From assembly GCA_011109175.1 (NCBI GenBank), contig RDEW01000031.1, forward strand, positions 62,001 through 126,000: a stretch of 64,000 nucleotides of DNA. Reading direction: 5' to 3'. The translations under genes were made by a program, and so were the position numbers. Origin of the DNA: Dicyema japonicum. Taxonomy: Eukaryota; Animalia; Dicyemida. This document shows positions 49,105 to 61,564 of this stretch, piece after piece (position 1 is the stretch's first letter; each line of letters opens with the position of its first letter). The notes under the pieces are model-generated. The model saw only the letters and a list, made by a program, of their open reading frames with translations, was not told where the DNA came from and ran no database searches.

Positions 49105-51210
49105 AATTATAATAATTTAGACAATAATTAGGACGACAGAATGGCGAAGGCGTTACCTCTGATAATCGCCATTTCGAGTCTCTGCCTCAACCAGAGTCCC
49201 TCCCGTGGCTCGCACCTTTTTGAGGCGAGTTTGCTTCCAATGCTGTGGAGAAAGGCGTCCGTCTTCGCGCCTACAGTTCCAGTTGTCTCCACAGCGATGG
49301 GGGCGAAATGGTAATGGTCTCCGAGGGATTAGTACTTATGGATCTTCTTGACTTCCGTCTGGTCGGCTGCGTCTCCAGGAGAGTGCGTCGCCGTCAGCAA
49401 TCTGGCTCCTGAGAAGGTGTCCACACACGTTGCGTCCCAGACAAGTGATTTTCCGTGGGAGTATGGGAACAACGTCATTCCATCCGGCCTCTTCCCGTCG
49501 CCTCTGTCTAAGCCCAATGCCAATTGGGCCGGAAATCCCGCAGCCTTGAGGGCTCGAAAAATGATGTCATTGAAGGATGCGTGACGCGGGGCTCGACCAG
49601 CACTTCGTCGGCAAGAGAGTGGATGTAAGCCTTTCGTATCAACGTCATCGCCGCAACGGCATTTGTGTCTCTGGCATATGTCCAGTCCTAGGCGCAGTGC
49701 CACCCCGATCCTTAGGCCGTTTTCGTCAAGGAGGGTCCAAATGTGGGCACGGTAGGGCCTCGAGCCAGACTCCAATTTCCCGACTTAATGCTTGCTAGAC
49801 GATGTTAGTTGGCGCTTTTCTTCGCGGCCTCCGGAGTGCTCATACATGCAATTGAGTCCCAACTCTTCTGGCAAGCAAAGTTCGACAAGAATTCCAAGTC
49901 AAACTCACCCCACAACTGGCAAACTCTGTCAAGCTCCAAGTCCAAGGTATGTTCGGTTGCGTTACGTAGGACTGCTTGGGCCAAGCGACTGCAGCTTGCA
50001 AGGGATGAAAAGTAGGCAGGCAGGACGGCTTCAAGGGGGGATCTCAACCCAATGCCCCCATTTCTCGCAGGTTGTTTGAACATAGTCCAGCCCAGATCAT
50101 CGAATTTGACATTCAGTATTGACTCCGCCGATCGTCTCAGAGTTCCATCAGCCGACAATAGTGCATTCCGGTGTTCAAAACATGGTGAACATCTCAAAAT
50201 GTACATCATCTTCGACATGGAAATACATTTCTTGAGCAAGAAGAAAGACACGTGGATCCAAAGATGATACTCTCTTTGTAAAGGCTTCACTTCATTATCC
50301 TTACTGGTTAGGCAGTTTTCCAGCTCGTCGTTTACGAGAGGGCAGCCAAGGAAGTGTACTTTGTCCAAGGAAGATATGCTGAAACCTGGAGTAGGGATCT
50401 GAATTCTTGGCAGGCAGTAGAAAAGCTTGGAGATGAGCAGGAAATATTGATCAGTTCCGATTTCATAACGTTGACATTTAAACCCAATTCGTTTAGAGTT
50501 GGAATGGTTGAAGAAATATCCTGATATACTTTCTCCTATGGGCCAGCTATTGTGGCGTCGTCCAAGTACCACAGGTTGAGTTCACAGTTTATGCTTCGTG
50601 TCACTGTGTCAATTGTCATTGCAAAAAGCAAAGGCCCTAGAGGGTCTCCCTGCTGAACGCCTGTGCGTGAATAAACGATATCGTTTCCGTAAACTAAGGC
50701 TGAGTCCGTCCCATCAATGTACAAGTCAGCCAATCTCTGGAGCTCTCTTCCAACAGGTTTCCAAAATACAGTCTCTCTTCAGCGTGTTGAAGCATTTGAT
50801 ATATCAAGCTTCAGGCCTAGCCTTTGGGTCTGGAAATTATTGTTGTTGAAGTAACTCCTCGCAGCGTGGACTGCTGCCTCGCAACCACCAGTCACCCACC
50901 CCAAGTTGAGTCGGGAACAGCTCTTCAGCAACATTGTGGGAGACTCTTCTGGCAGCGATTTTAGCAGCAAGCTTTTGGAAGTATGTACAGATCGCAATTG
51001 GGCGGACACCTCCATCTCCTTTTCGGAATGCCAATAGATGTCCACAAAAAGAAGATCTCTAGCAAATTTTGGAATATCACCATTAACCATTCGAGTGAGC
51101 AGCAAGTGATAGACGCTAACAAGGCACGGCCGGCTTCAGCAGTAGCTTCAGAGGTTAAGTCCTTTATATGGCTTGGGCGCAGTCCGTTTTTTTATAAACT
51201 TTAAAAAAAT
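49105..51210 (-). mobile_element. Longest CRE-clade element in the window (RT plus C-terminal CCHC and RLE endonuclease), frameshifted
   Basis: GGVRPIAI, LKLDISNA, TGVQQGDPLGPLLF, WYLDD, PARNGGIGL, CRCG...HPLSC, DGKRPDG, LVWDATCVDT, FAPIAVETTG. Confidence 0.93.
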
Positions 51211-51392
51211 TATGGAAAATTTCGGAATTGGCAAATTTCCACTAAAGTTAGAATATTTCTTAAAAATGGCAAATGAGGCAAATTTAAGAGAGTTTACTGT
51301 AGTTTAATTCTGACTTTTGGTTTATTAAAATTCCGTTGCTAATAATACAAAAAAAAACTTAACATATGACAATCAAATAGTCGTATTAAAAA

Positions 51393-52397
51393 TTAAAGTT
51401 TCATCAGCTCTGACCTCTTCGAAGTGGAAAATTTGTCTAGAAATTGAACAAATTCCATAAAAGATTTTGGTTTACTTTCGATCCATGATCCAGAAACCTC
51501 CCAAAATGATAGGGCTATATATACATGATAAAAAATACAGCAATTATCAAAGAACGAATTTAAATCCAATTCATCCATTTTTGAGAGATAAAATCCTTTA
51601 AAAACTCCGTCAACGTAAAATTTATAATTCATATTTAAAACGTTTATCACAAAAATAGCCAACGATAGGCTAAAATAGAAATAAAATATAAACCCGATAA
51701 TTTCGTCATTTGAACGGTTCAACAGATCCATAGCTTTACCTTGATGGTTCGTTACAAAATAACTGAAATGTTAATTCACACATAAAAACCTCAAACATTC
51801 CAATCCAAGCCTGCCCATTCCTCGAAAATCAGTCATTGGATTCCTTCCTTGAAAACCTATTAGCTCCCAGTCTGAAGAATCAGCCCCACTTGGAGGCCGT
51901 TTAATCAAAATTTCAAAAATCTACAAATTTAAAAAATTAAAACTTTTGACAAAATCGTAAAATCGTCATTGTCATATGAATTTACTGAAATCTTTGTTTT
52001 TTCAGTCAGTAGATTTTTCAGTTTATTATATTTGTAAATATATTCGATATAAAACAAAAGCGTATCCAAATTACTAAATTCTACACAATTATGACCTTTC
52101 TTTCTTGTTTAAATCATTTTTCTCATCAGCGATTAAATTGCTTATAAAAGACTTAATTTTCGTTTCGGAGTAATCCCTCTTAAAATTTCCTTTAACTCAG
52201 AATTATAGTTTTGCTCATTTTCTATTTTATTTTAAATAAATAGTACCAATTAAAAATAGATTTTTAGCATTTATCGGGTTGGAACAGATTTCGAGAATGG
52301 AAGGTGCAGTTAAATATCGCCAAGTTGTATGCAATAAAGAAAAAATAAAGTTTATTAGTTCTTCGAAGTAGTTCCATATATAGCCAACCAAACTCAT
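51393..52397 (-). CDS. ELMOD: ELMO domain-containing ARF-GAP (ELMOD1/2-like), multi-exon
   Basis: DWELIGFQGRNPMTDFRGMGRLGL, YFVTNH...LNRSND, SLAIFVIN, W.ESKPKSFMEF. Confidence 0.9.
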
Positions 52398-52704
52398 ACA
52401 ATTAACTTTAATTTTTTTAAATAATAATTTAAATTTTTAAATTCTTTGTTAATTTTTTTAATTTAAAATCATGATTTCAGAGGAATTTACATGCAGCTTT
52501 CAGATCTACAATTTACAGGGAATTTTGAATTATATCTAAATACTGCATTTTTTCATTCTATGTTGATCAGAGAATATTAGAAATCACGATTTAAGAAAAC
52601 GTGCTATACGTCCAAATTCTGGATCAGGGTATTATGGAAAATCAATTCACATTAGGTATTCTAATGGCGAACTTGTACAGACACCTTCAAAAAATAAAAA
52701 ATAA

Positions 52705-52930
52705 TTCCAAAGACCAAGGGGAAAACCAAACTAACTAAATCTTTGATCCAGCAATTCCAGAACTTGTCTCCAGGTAACGAAATTGCTTCGTGGAAAGAAT
52801 AGTTGGATTCTTTTGATGGCGGCCAGGAATAGGGAGTCTCCTTAGTAAGGTGAATCCAATGACGCCATCAGAGGAAAAGGATATAATTATTTAACCATTA
52901 GACACATAGCACCACATGGTTCCACGCGGC
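52705..52930 (-). mobile_element. Family 2 short subfamily copy
   Basis: Colinear with 39825-40064 including both ends. Confidence 0.8.
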
Positions 52931-52999
52931 TATCCGAATCGAATGCGAAATACAACTTAATCAAGACAGGCAAAATACAAATTAATGAAAAAATTCGAG

Positions 53000-53930
53000 A
53001 AATTTATTGTCATTAGGGGTTGATTAGGAATGGTGGGCGGTCCAGGAGTTTTTTGTCTTTTAGCCTTCTGATTGCACGTGTTGATACGAAATTGTGTATT
53101 TTGTTTGTCCACGTCTACCCAACTGTGAGTTAGGGGATCCTCAATAGAGCTTTTTGTAGGTCGAAAACAGTTCTTTGGATATTCCTACGATTTCAAGACT
53201 TAAGGAGCGAAACAGTCTGGTGGTCAAATTCCGAAAACTGAGCAGAAACGTGAACTTCGCATCTCCAAATGACCGACAACAAAAAGTATCCTCGTTTCCA
53301 ATTACAGATGGTCGGCCCTGTAATGGTTTGCAGAGCTTGGGGCTTATGAATTAGACTATTACAGTAAAAAACTAATTGATCGAGGTCATGACGAACTTTT
53401 TGTAGATATTCGTCAAGGATTCTTTGGATTGGATGTGAGAAATACTTGCTACCGCAAGGAGAATATTTAATTTCCTCTTCAGTTTGATGGTAAAAATTGA
53501 ATATGCTGGCTGAAAGAGAAATTTTTGTCAAAAGTAACACCCAGTAATTTTGGATGTTTAATGACAGGGAGGGGGCAATTGTGCAGTGACAGAGTTGATG
53601 AGATGTTAAACAGTTTCTTGTCAGAAGTGAAAAGAGTGACAAATGATTTCGTTTGGAAAGGGGACGTCTAGTTGGAGTCAATCCATTCACTCATAAGGTC
53701 CAGGTGATGCTGCAAATGTTTCGTGATTCTCTGAATGTCTGTGTCTTTGGCAGCGATGACAATGTTATCGGCATATGTAAGGCCAATTGAGTTTGGAGAA
53801 ATCTGAATGCTACTCAGATGGAGGATAAAAAGGCTCGGGGAAAAAACTGAACTTTGTGGAATTTTTAAAACAAGGTAATTTTTAACTCCTCTCTTTAACC
53901 CATATCGGAACATTTTAAAAATTAACGGCT
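53000..53930 (-). mobile_element. Decayed LINE RT and post-RT region
   Basis: IPQSSVFSPSLF...LTYADNIVI. Confidence 0.75.
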
Positions 53931-54382
53931 ACATGAAGCAGCTCTAATAATAACATCCCCTTCACGAGAGCCTTTATACTTATGGCTCCGTATGGGAAGG
54001 TACAGCACTTAATTTAAAATAAACAACAATGCTAACTGATCGTTGAAAAGGAGGCAGCTCTGTTATTCAAATTAAGTTCCAGTCGAACCTCAAGGATTCA
54101 TAATTTCTATTGTTTTTAAAAAGCTTTTCAAATCCTCTTGATTTTTAAAGTGGAGTATAACTTACACAGTATTACTTACTATTATCATTTTCCTAATTAA
54201 TTCTATATACGAGAAAATATTAGGTTAGTTATATATTTCCAAACAAATGGCTGAACATAGACAGCTTTAATGAAATTGACATAAAACTAGAGCAACAGCA
54301 TGATCTTGAGTAGTACTAAATAAAATCTGTTTCTTATTTCAATATAAAACATTACCTCCAATCATTTTAAATAGTCTTAGAA

Positions 54383-55153
54383 ATGAAATTTCAAGGAATA
54401 ATTTTGACATTTTCATTATTTTCAGTAATATAATTTTAGATATTTATTTTAAAGTTCTTGTGCTGCGGACCGCCTTCTGTCGGTATTGAAGATTTAAATT
54501 TATTTTAGCTGTTGATTACCGACTAAGTAAAGCATGATTTTATTAATTAGCCAGTACAAATCCAGATGACGAAACTCAAATTCGTAATGGTGGAGAAACT
54601 CTTTTGGTGGTAATTAATTCTAAAAAATACACAGTTTGCTGATCAAAATGAGACAGACCGGAGTGGGACACAAACCAATCGAAATGAAAAATACGTCAAA
54701 CAGAACAGGAGACATAAAAATCAAACTAAAAAATTCAATGACCTAAATGGGAGGCATACTAATCAAAATAAGACTGACATCGACCTCAAAGTGACACACG
54801 CGACTCAAAATATGACATACATAGGGCGAAATGTGACATATTCCAATCAAAATAAGACAGATGTCAACGAAAAGTGACATTTACCAATCAAAATAAGACT
54901 GACGCCGACCTCAAAGTGAAACTCGTGACTCAAAATATGACATACATAAGGCGAAATGTGACATATTCCAATCAAAATAAGACATGTCAAACGAAAAGTG
55001 ACATCTACCAATCAAAATAAGACTGACGCCGACCTTAAACTGACTTATCTAAATCAAAATAAAACAGACGTAGACCGAAAAGTGACATATGTAAATCAAA
55101 ATAAGACATACATTGGGCGAAATGTAACGTACACCAATCAAAAGAAGAATTAA
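54383..55153 (+). CDS. Orphan secreted protein with nine 14-aa tandem repeats (5 exons)
   Basis: Four GT-AG micro-introns (54425-54, 54483-508, 54527-50, 54610-34) join in frame; hydrophobic N-terminus MKFQGIILTFSLFSFLCCG; 42-nt repeat from 54761; two indels in the repeat. Confidence 0.75.
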
Positions 55154-55299
55154 TTAATAACTTCTGATTTCTTTTAACTGCTCTAGCTATAATAAAAATA
55201 TTAATTTAGAAGATTTGACATTAAAAAATTAATAAGCATTATTGTTAATTTATTTTCCTACGATCACTAATGTTAAAAGAGAAAAAAATGTTCTCAGCT

Positions 55300-56420
55300 A
55301 AATATGTGATCCCAAACTGACAAGGAGGAGGTCAAAACTGAGGGGGAAATGGGCATCTGGACTCGCTCTCCATAACAGATTTAAAGTTATCTCGTATGGC
55401 TATTTTACACTCCTAGGGTTCAGAAATTTTCACACTATTACGTTATTCGCTCAATGTGAAAAAACGAAACACGAGGAGGAGACCTGTTAACCATCGTTCA
55501 TAAAGCGTTCTGTTCCGTGGCTGTCTTGATTTTGTCCGCAATGATGCCCTTCCGAACAACCACATAGAACTCATTGCGATCGTTATCAACATTAACTTGA
55601 TTACATATATCATTATCTGAGATCTCACATTTTGTTCCCCAAATTTGTCCACGTCCGTATCCTGGAAAGTCTATTATGATCTTCTTTCTGACCATAACCT
55701 TATTATTGTGACTATAGACCTTTTATCCCCCGCGACTCATACAGATGTACTTACGTTAACTATAAGAACGTATGTTGAGAGGAATTCAAGTCCGCAGCTG
55801 GACGATTTCTTGAAGAGTTCTGTTGAAAAGTTTCATTACTTTGAAGAAGTTTTTGGCTAATTCAACTCGGCGATTTTAACTACCAATAATAAGTTCATAT
55901 CGAGGGGTTTCATTCGCAACTTCAATATGTACTTGACCAGGAAATTATTTCCTTGATCGAAGAGATCACATCCCTCAAATAGCAGTCTGTTGCATTCAGA
56001 GTTGTTCGACTGAATAAAAACTATCAGTAAGCTTTTTGCAAAGCAAAAATGAGGGGAATTCATAGAAAATATCGTCCACATAACTAACCCAAGAAGATTA
56101 TAGGAAACGATTAAAGTCATCAATACCTGCCAAATTGATTCCAATCTCCCCATGGTACCAGTCAAAAAGATACAAAACTGAAAGAATTTTCAATTAGGCC
56201 TTGATGAATGACTTGATGAAGTTTTACTTTTCTATTAGTCACCTAAGATTACCTCCCTCTCCTGCATTGTCCAAAAATTTGACAGTCATGGAGTTCTCAT
56301 TTTATCAAATCGATGAAACCCAACTCATGGGCCTTAAAAACACGCGAAACTCCCTTGTGAAAAAACTTGATGGCCTTAGTATCTTCCACTTGAAGAACTT
56401 CAGTTCAAACAAAAAACCTT
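55300..56420 (+). mobile_element. Decayed LINE endonuclease/linker region
   Basis: DLLSDHNLIIVTID (SDH motif) and downstream remnants. Confidence 0.55.
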
Positions 56421-56789
56421 AATAAAATATCGGATAAATTTATAACATATTCCAACTTTATGGAAAAAATCGGAGATTATCCTAATCCTAAGGTCTAAAA
56501 AAGTCCAGTAGATCCTTCATCGTTTAGGACCATCTTCTTTTGTCTGTGCTTTCCAAAATTTTGGAGAGAATCGTCATAAAAGAAATTTCAAATCACCCTG
56601 TGCTCCCCAATCTCAGCATGGCTTCTGCCTGGCTCGGATAAGTGTGCTTACACTCACGCAGTTCATGGTTCCAAACGAGATTCACAAAGTTCACCAACTC
56701 TCTCACTGCACCATTGTTCCCTCCTTGTCACTAAACATCCCAAAATACTGGGTGTTACTGCCAACAAAAATCTCTCCTTCAGCCAGCAT

Positions 56790-57310
56790 ATTAACTTTTT
56801 TAATTTTTACATGTGCTTTTCGATGTCAATCAATAAGTTCCGAGAGGAAAATGTGTGGATACTTTCTTTAACTATTGACGTAAGTGATTTTCTTTTTCCC
56901 CTCCTATGGAGTATGCATAGTGTGAATGGAGCGAAGAAAAATAATCCTACCCAATCCTCAGAGTCGTCCGAAGAGATTGCCCTTTTAATACACTCGCATA
57001 GGTAGTCTGCAACAAATACACGGGAAGCTTTGGGGATCTGATCAAGAATCTCCATATGTGTGTCAGGATTGAAATCAATTCAAGTACTTTCTGATGGAAC
57101 ATGTTCAGAAGGGTAGTTTAGAGCCGAGGATTTTGTATTTTCTGATAGGAGGCATGATGACAATGCCAATCGGAAATAACAGACAGGGCTCTTTTAGTCA
57201 TTCCGACACAGGACATGTGGAAATCACACAAACAGACCGTGCAGTGGATCATCCATTTCTTTTGTTTCTTATATCTCATTTTTTGACATAAATTAATAGC
57301 AATCAAAATT
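56790..57310 (-). mobile_element. 5' part of a CRE-clade element with a PHD finger
   Basis: WMIHCTVCLCDFHMSCVG...WHC (PHD) followed by IPKASRVFVA...DDSEDWVGLFFFA...SLTSIVKE, the pre-RT block as recalled for animal CRE elements. Confidence 0.7.
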
Positions 57311-57567
57311 TCCTTAGAATTTTTATTCCTTTATTATTATTATTTAAGCCAAAGAAACACCGTTTTTCAAATTGAGTAATAGTTTTAATTGCTGTTAAGT
57401 ATTTCAATCTTTAGAAACGGTTCTTAAAAATCGACAATTTTAAATTAATCGATTTATGGAAGTAAATAGGATTTTTTGTAAAATTTAATTTACTTTTTTT
57501 ATTAAAAAATTAATTATTTAAAAATTACATTACATTTACGTTGTGATCCAACTCTTATTTTGTCAAT

Positions 57568-58493
57568 ATGTCTGAAAACAATCAAATAGGAGGATATTGC
57601 TATAATTGTGGGATGAATGTGAATCTAGCGATGCCAGTATTTATACAATGATTAAATATTAGGAATATACTTGCTCTACTTGCAATAGTGGATTCGCTGA
57701 AGTTCAACAGGAGAGATCTAGGTCATCATTTATTTTTTATTCCATAGAGAAACAGAAAACGTTAACATTCATAATGAAGTATTTAACCTTTGGTTTTTGT
57801 TAGAATGAGCTAGCGCTCTGAATCTGTCAATTTAGATGTTGCGTATAACAAAATAATTGTAATTATTAGTGATAGAATTAACCCTGAAAATTCACTCAGA
57901 TTCGCATTTCATCTTTATCCATTAAGAAATATCGGCGGAAACTTCCTCACTCAGTAAATTTTTATATAAATTCATATTTCTTAAAGAATTTAATGTTTTA
58001 AGTTGTATTTTTATTCTTAATTTTTTGAAATATTTTAGATTGGCTGATAATTCATTGCCAAACATATTCTCTGATACGTTTTTTGGTATTCCTAGTGTAA
58101 TACCGTATTTTGACGCATCCGAGCTAAACTGGATCGAAATGGCACAGAGGATTTTAGAGGAACTTAGTGAAGATGGAGAAGGTCCTTGTCCTCAGCGAAT
58201 TATCGACCAATTAAAGGAGTTAAAAATTAATCAACGTTTCATTGGTTGTGTAAAATATTGAATTTTGTAGACAATCAGGAAAAATGCCCAATTTGCCTTG
58301 ATTCTTTTGTTCTGGATGAAACTGTGATGACTTTAACTTGTAATCACATTTTTCATCCTTATTGTATTAAAAAATGGCTCGAAAGGGTTTTTCAGTTTGT
58401 TATTTGTAGCGGTCTGCTTGTCCTGTTTGTAGACGAGTCCTTGTGGCGGAAGAACCTGCTCCTGATGTTCAGGATGCTGAAGATTTGCTTTAA
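57568..58493 (+). CDS. RNF126: RING-H2 E3 ubiquitin ligase RNF126/RNF115-like, multi-exon
   Basis: N-terminal zinc ribbon YCYNC...P-EYTCSTCNSGF; C-terminal CPICLDSF...LTCNHIFHPYCIKKWL...ACPVCR. Confidence 0.88.
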
Positions 58494-59159
58494 CATTTAT
58501 GATTTCTATTAAATTTTGAATTTATGTATTCATTAGCTTATCAATATAATATTTAGCGAATCGTCTATAAAATGCTGCAAATTGAAAAATCAGTCGGTTT
58601 TTGTAGCCGTGATAGAAACTGTAGGATGACTATCTTTCTGTTCGTGGATATCACGTGTACGGAAACCTCAAATAACTTCCTGCAAAGTGCTGCCAATTTC
58701 TGGTCAGCCACCTGGAAGGTCGAAATTTTAAAGTGTCAGAAGTATGCTGACCTCACCAGTGATGTTATAATTGATCCTCCTACTGTGGAATCCTATTGAA
58801 TTCACGGACAATTGTCCTATGCCTTTCTAGAAAACTCGAAAATTTTACCTCAGCCCGCTCTTGTGACCTCCGTGAACGCTAATGACTATTCGTGGGTATT
58901 TCTCTTCTAATTCAGGGGAAATGGAGTCAGACTTGTGCCTTTAATTCTATTTTTTGTTTTTCATGTAAATAAAAAGACGCATGTAAAAGTTTATGAAAAT
59001 TCTCAAGAAATTGGCGTATTTACAAATACGCCAATTTCTTGAATCCACCACTTATTCTAAAGTCATAAAAATGACAGATCAAGAGGTTTTACAGTGTTCG
59101 CTTATGATAATATATTTCCTAGTTTGATTCTAATTAATCTTTGTTTGTATTTTTGAAAC

Positions 59160-59490
59160 CAATTAAATATATTCAGATAGCACCACCTCATAGGAAGTGC
59201 CTCACCTGAGATACTATATAAGAAAATACCTTCTTGAACACATATGTGCCTAAAACTTAGGTGCATCTTGGACATTTAGAACCTAAGATATTAAGAAAAA
59301 ATACCAAACCTGACAAACAGATTTATTAGGACCGATTTTTGTAGAGACGATTGAATGTTTGGTCCCAGCACTCTAGAGTTCATTGAACAAGACTACAAAG
59401 AATTAACTCAAAACGACGCAATGGCTTTTTTCAAAACATTGACCTTGCGATCATGATAAAAAAACACAGCCCTCTCAACAAGGAGTAGGT
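59160..59490 (+). mobile_element. Decayed CRE 3' fragment
   Basis: Nucleotide similarity TTTTGTAGAGACGA...GG(T/G)CCCA to 19985-20025. Confidence 0.5.
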
Positions 59491-59879
59491 AATGTTTTTA
59501 TTACTTAAACCTATCTTAGGCAGAATTCACACTATTGAGAAGTAAGAACAGTAATGTTAATTAATCCAAGACGTGTGTTCTTGACCTTGTTTTTTTGTGC
59601 GTGAGTTTAACGACAAAGATAAGAGTAAAATTAGTTATTATGGCGAAGTTTCATTATGGCCTGTGTTCTGGAAAAGCCAGTCATTCTAGTCTCGCCTTTC
59701 TGCAGCCCCGCAAGCCATCCAATTAACATGATTAACTCATACGTGCTCGGGCCAATAACATCAGACATTTTGTTATTTATTTATTATACCAGAAATTCGT
59801 TAAGATGTTTGAATACAGGAAAATAAAGGATTTGAAGATTATTGACATAAACCATCTTTGAAGTTTAACAATCTTAAGT

Positions 59880-60330
59880 CATTTTATAAGAAAGACAGAG
59901 ATTAAACAGGTGTCCCCGAAGATTCTTTAGTGTCAAAATTTCGTTTATTGATGAGTAAATGATCCTTTTTCGTGGTACCCAGGCACTTGGCACAACTTGA
60001 GATTGGTGAATAGCATTAGAACAAGGGAAGAAAAGGAACTAATGCAAGGAAAAGAAATCTTGACCAAATAGTCAATAAAAGGAATCCAACCCACGGAGTA
60101 ATGTTAGTGGCATGACAACTACTAAGGTAACTTATTATATCTCGTTATTTATTTATTTCTTTAGAATCCCGGGATCACCGAGAAAGATAGAAAAAACACC
60201 AGACAGTTAAGTATTCCCAGTTCACGTAATCAACCGAGCCATCCAACTTCTGTGGTCTTCCATTGTTCTCACTACCGTGCGAAAGAGCTTTCTCTTATCC
60301 TTGTAGAGGAATCCGATTTTGGACCTCGTT
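59880..60330 (-). mobile_element. Two family 2 pieces (59880-60040 with the structured core; 60168-60330 with the 3' stem-loop)
   Basis: AAATGATCCTTTTTCGTG shared with 24498-24515; CTCGG-TGATC-CCGGG terminus. Confidence 0.7.
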
Positions 60331-60477
60331 CATTAAAAAATGTAAAACTACATTTTGAATGTTTTTTGAAAATCCAATTATTTTATTTTAATAAAAATCA
60401 ATTTATAAAAAATTAAAATTTAAATTAAATAATTCGTCTGTTGTAATAAATCTGTTACATTTGGGATTTGGATTTAT

Positions 60478-61564
60478 ATGAATGATCCAAATAATAATTC
60501 AACAAATTACAATTTAAACAATCGGTTCTCAATAAGATTTCCTGTCATAAACGATAACCAAAGGCGTGGAAATCCGAATGATCGCTACATTCAACAAAGT
60601 AGACAACCAGCAACGATAGAAGCAATTCAGATATATTGCGACTGAAACTGGGCCGTCAAGTTTTTCATATCAACATGATAGCACGTGTTTATATTTAATT
60701 AATTTCAGATTCTCCATTATCAAACCAAGATAAATCGTTTGACATCCAAAGACAAAATTATTTGTATGCAACAGAAAATAGATCTTTTAATCAAAATATT
60801 TTTCAGAATTGTTCGTTGGCCGTTCAACCAATGCAAAATACTGGTGTTCTCAATGCCTATTCGACTCCCGTTTCTGAAGGTGGAAAACTTTGACTTTTAT
60901 TTAGCTTACATAGAAAATAATAACAAGAACATCCCATTTCCAATTAACGGGAATATTATGTTACGACAGTTCTGGAAATGCTTGGATTGTTGTGTGCCAG
61001 CCTCCTCAAGAAACCCAAAACCTTGTAGATTCTCTTTTTTATTTTTTAGAGATCTGATTCTGTCACTGCTTCATCAAATGACGATTCCATTAAAAACAGA
61101 CTCACTCGTCTTTGAAGTACTTTTTTATATTTTTATTTTTTTATCAAATTATTTTATTTTGATTAATTTTTTATTTACAATTATTTTTAATTTTTTTCTT
61201 GTTTTAGTACGGGGTCCCATTAATTGAGCACGAACCCTTCCATTCTGTTGATGATGCTCTTGGTCGCCTTGGAGAAATAAAGAAAAACTTTGAAATCCAA
61301 AAGTCTGAAGGTGTTCATACCTTTAATTTAAAGTAGAGTCGTATTACCTCTATCCAACACATATAACAGATCTTGACAGAAAAGCGGTTGATCTCGAAAA
61401 TAAGTTAAGATCAATTTTGTGGCGCGTTTCTATGGTTTTGAATTAAACTTTATTTGTAGAGGGAACAAAATCCCGAAGATGAGGTTTTCCTTTATCGACA
61501 CTTTTTGGAAGATGAAACTGCATTTTTCAAGGAAGAATGTTTGAATATTTTAAAACTGTTTTAG
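60478..61564 (+). CDS. BICRA: GLTSCR1/BICRA-domain protein (ncBAF subunit-like), short and divergent
   Basis: PFHSVDDALGRL and DLENKLRSILWRVSMREQNPEDEVFLYRHFLEDE resemble the recalled GLTSCR1 domain (AFPSFEDALHRL...MLNKYRLLLLEESRR...MIDRMFIQEE); N/Q-rich N-terminus; exon structure partly uncertain. Confidence 0.65.

Noticed and set aside
54761-55140. CRISPR-like array
   Set aside because: The whole 42-nt unit is repeated with no unique spacers, it is codon-structured within a spliced eukaryotic gene, and no cas genes are present.
60739-61227. 162-aa ORF as an independent gene
   Set aside because: An alternative frame reading through the introns of the BICRA-like gene; its hydrophobic end is a T-rich intron.
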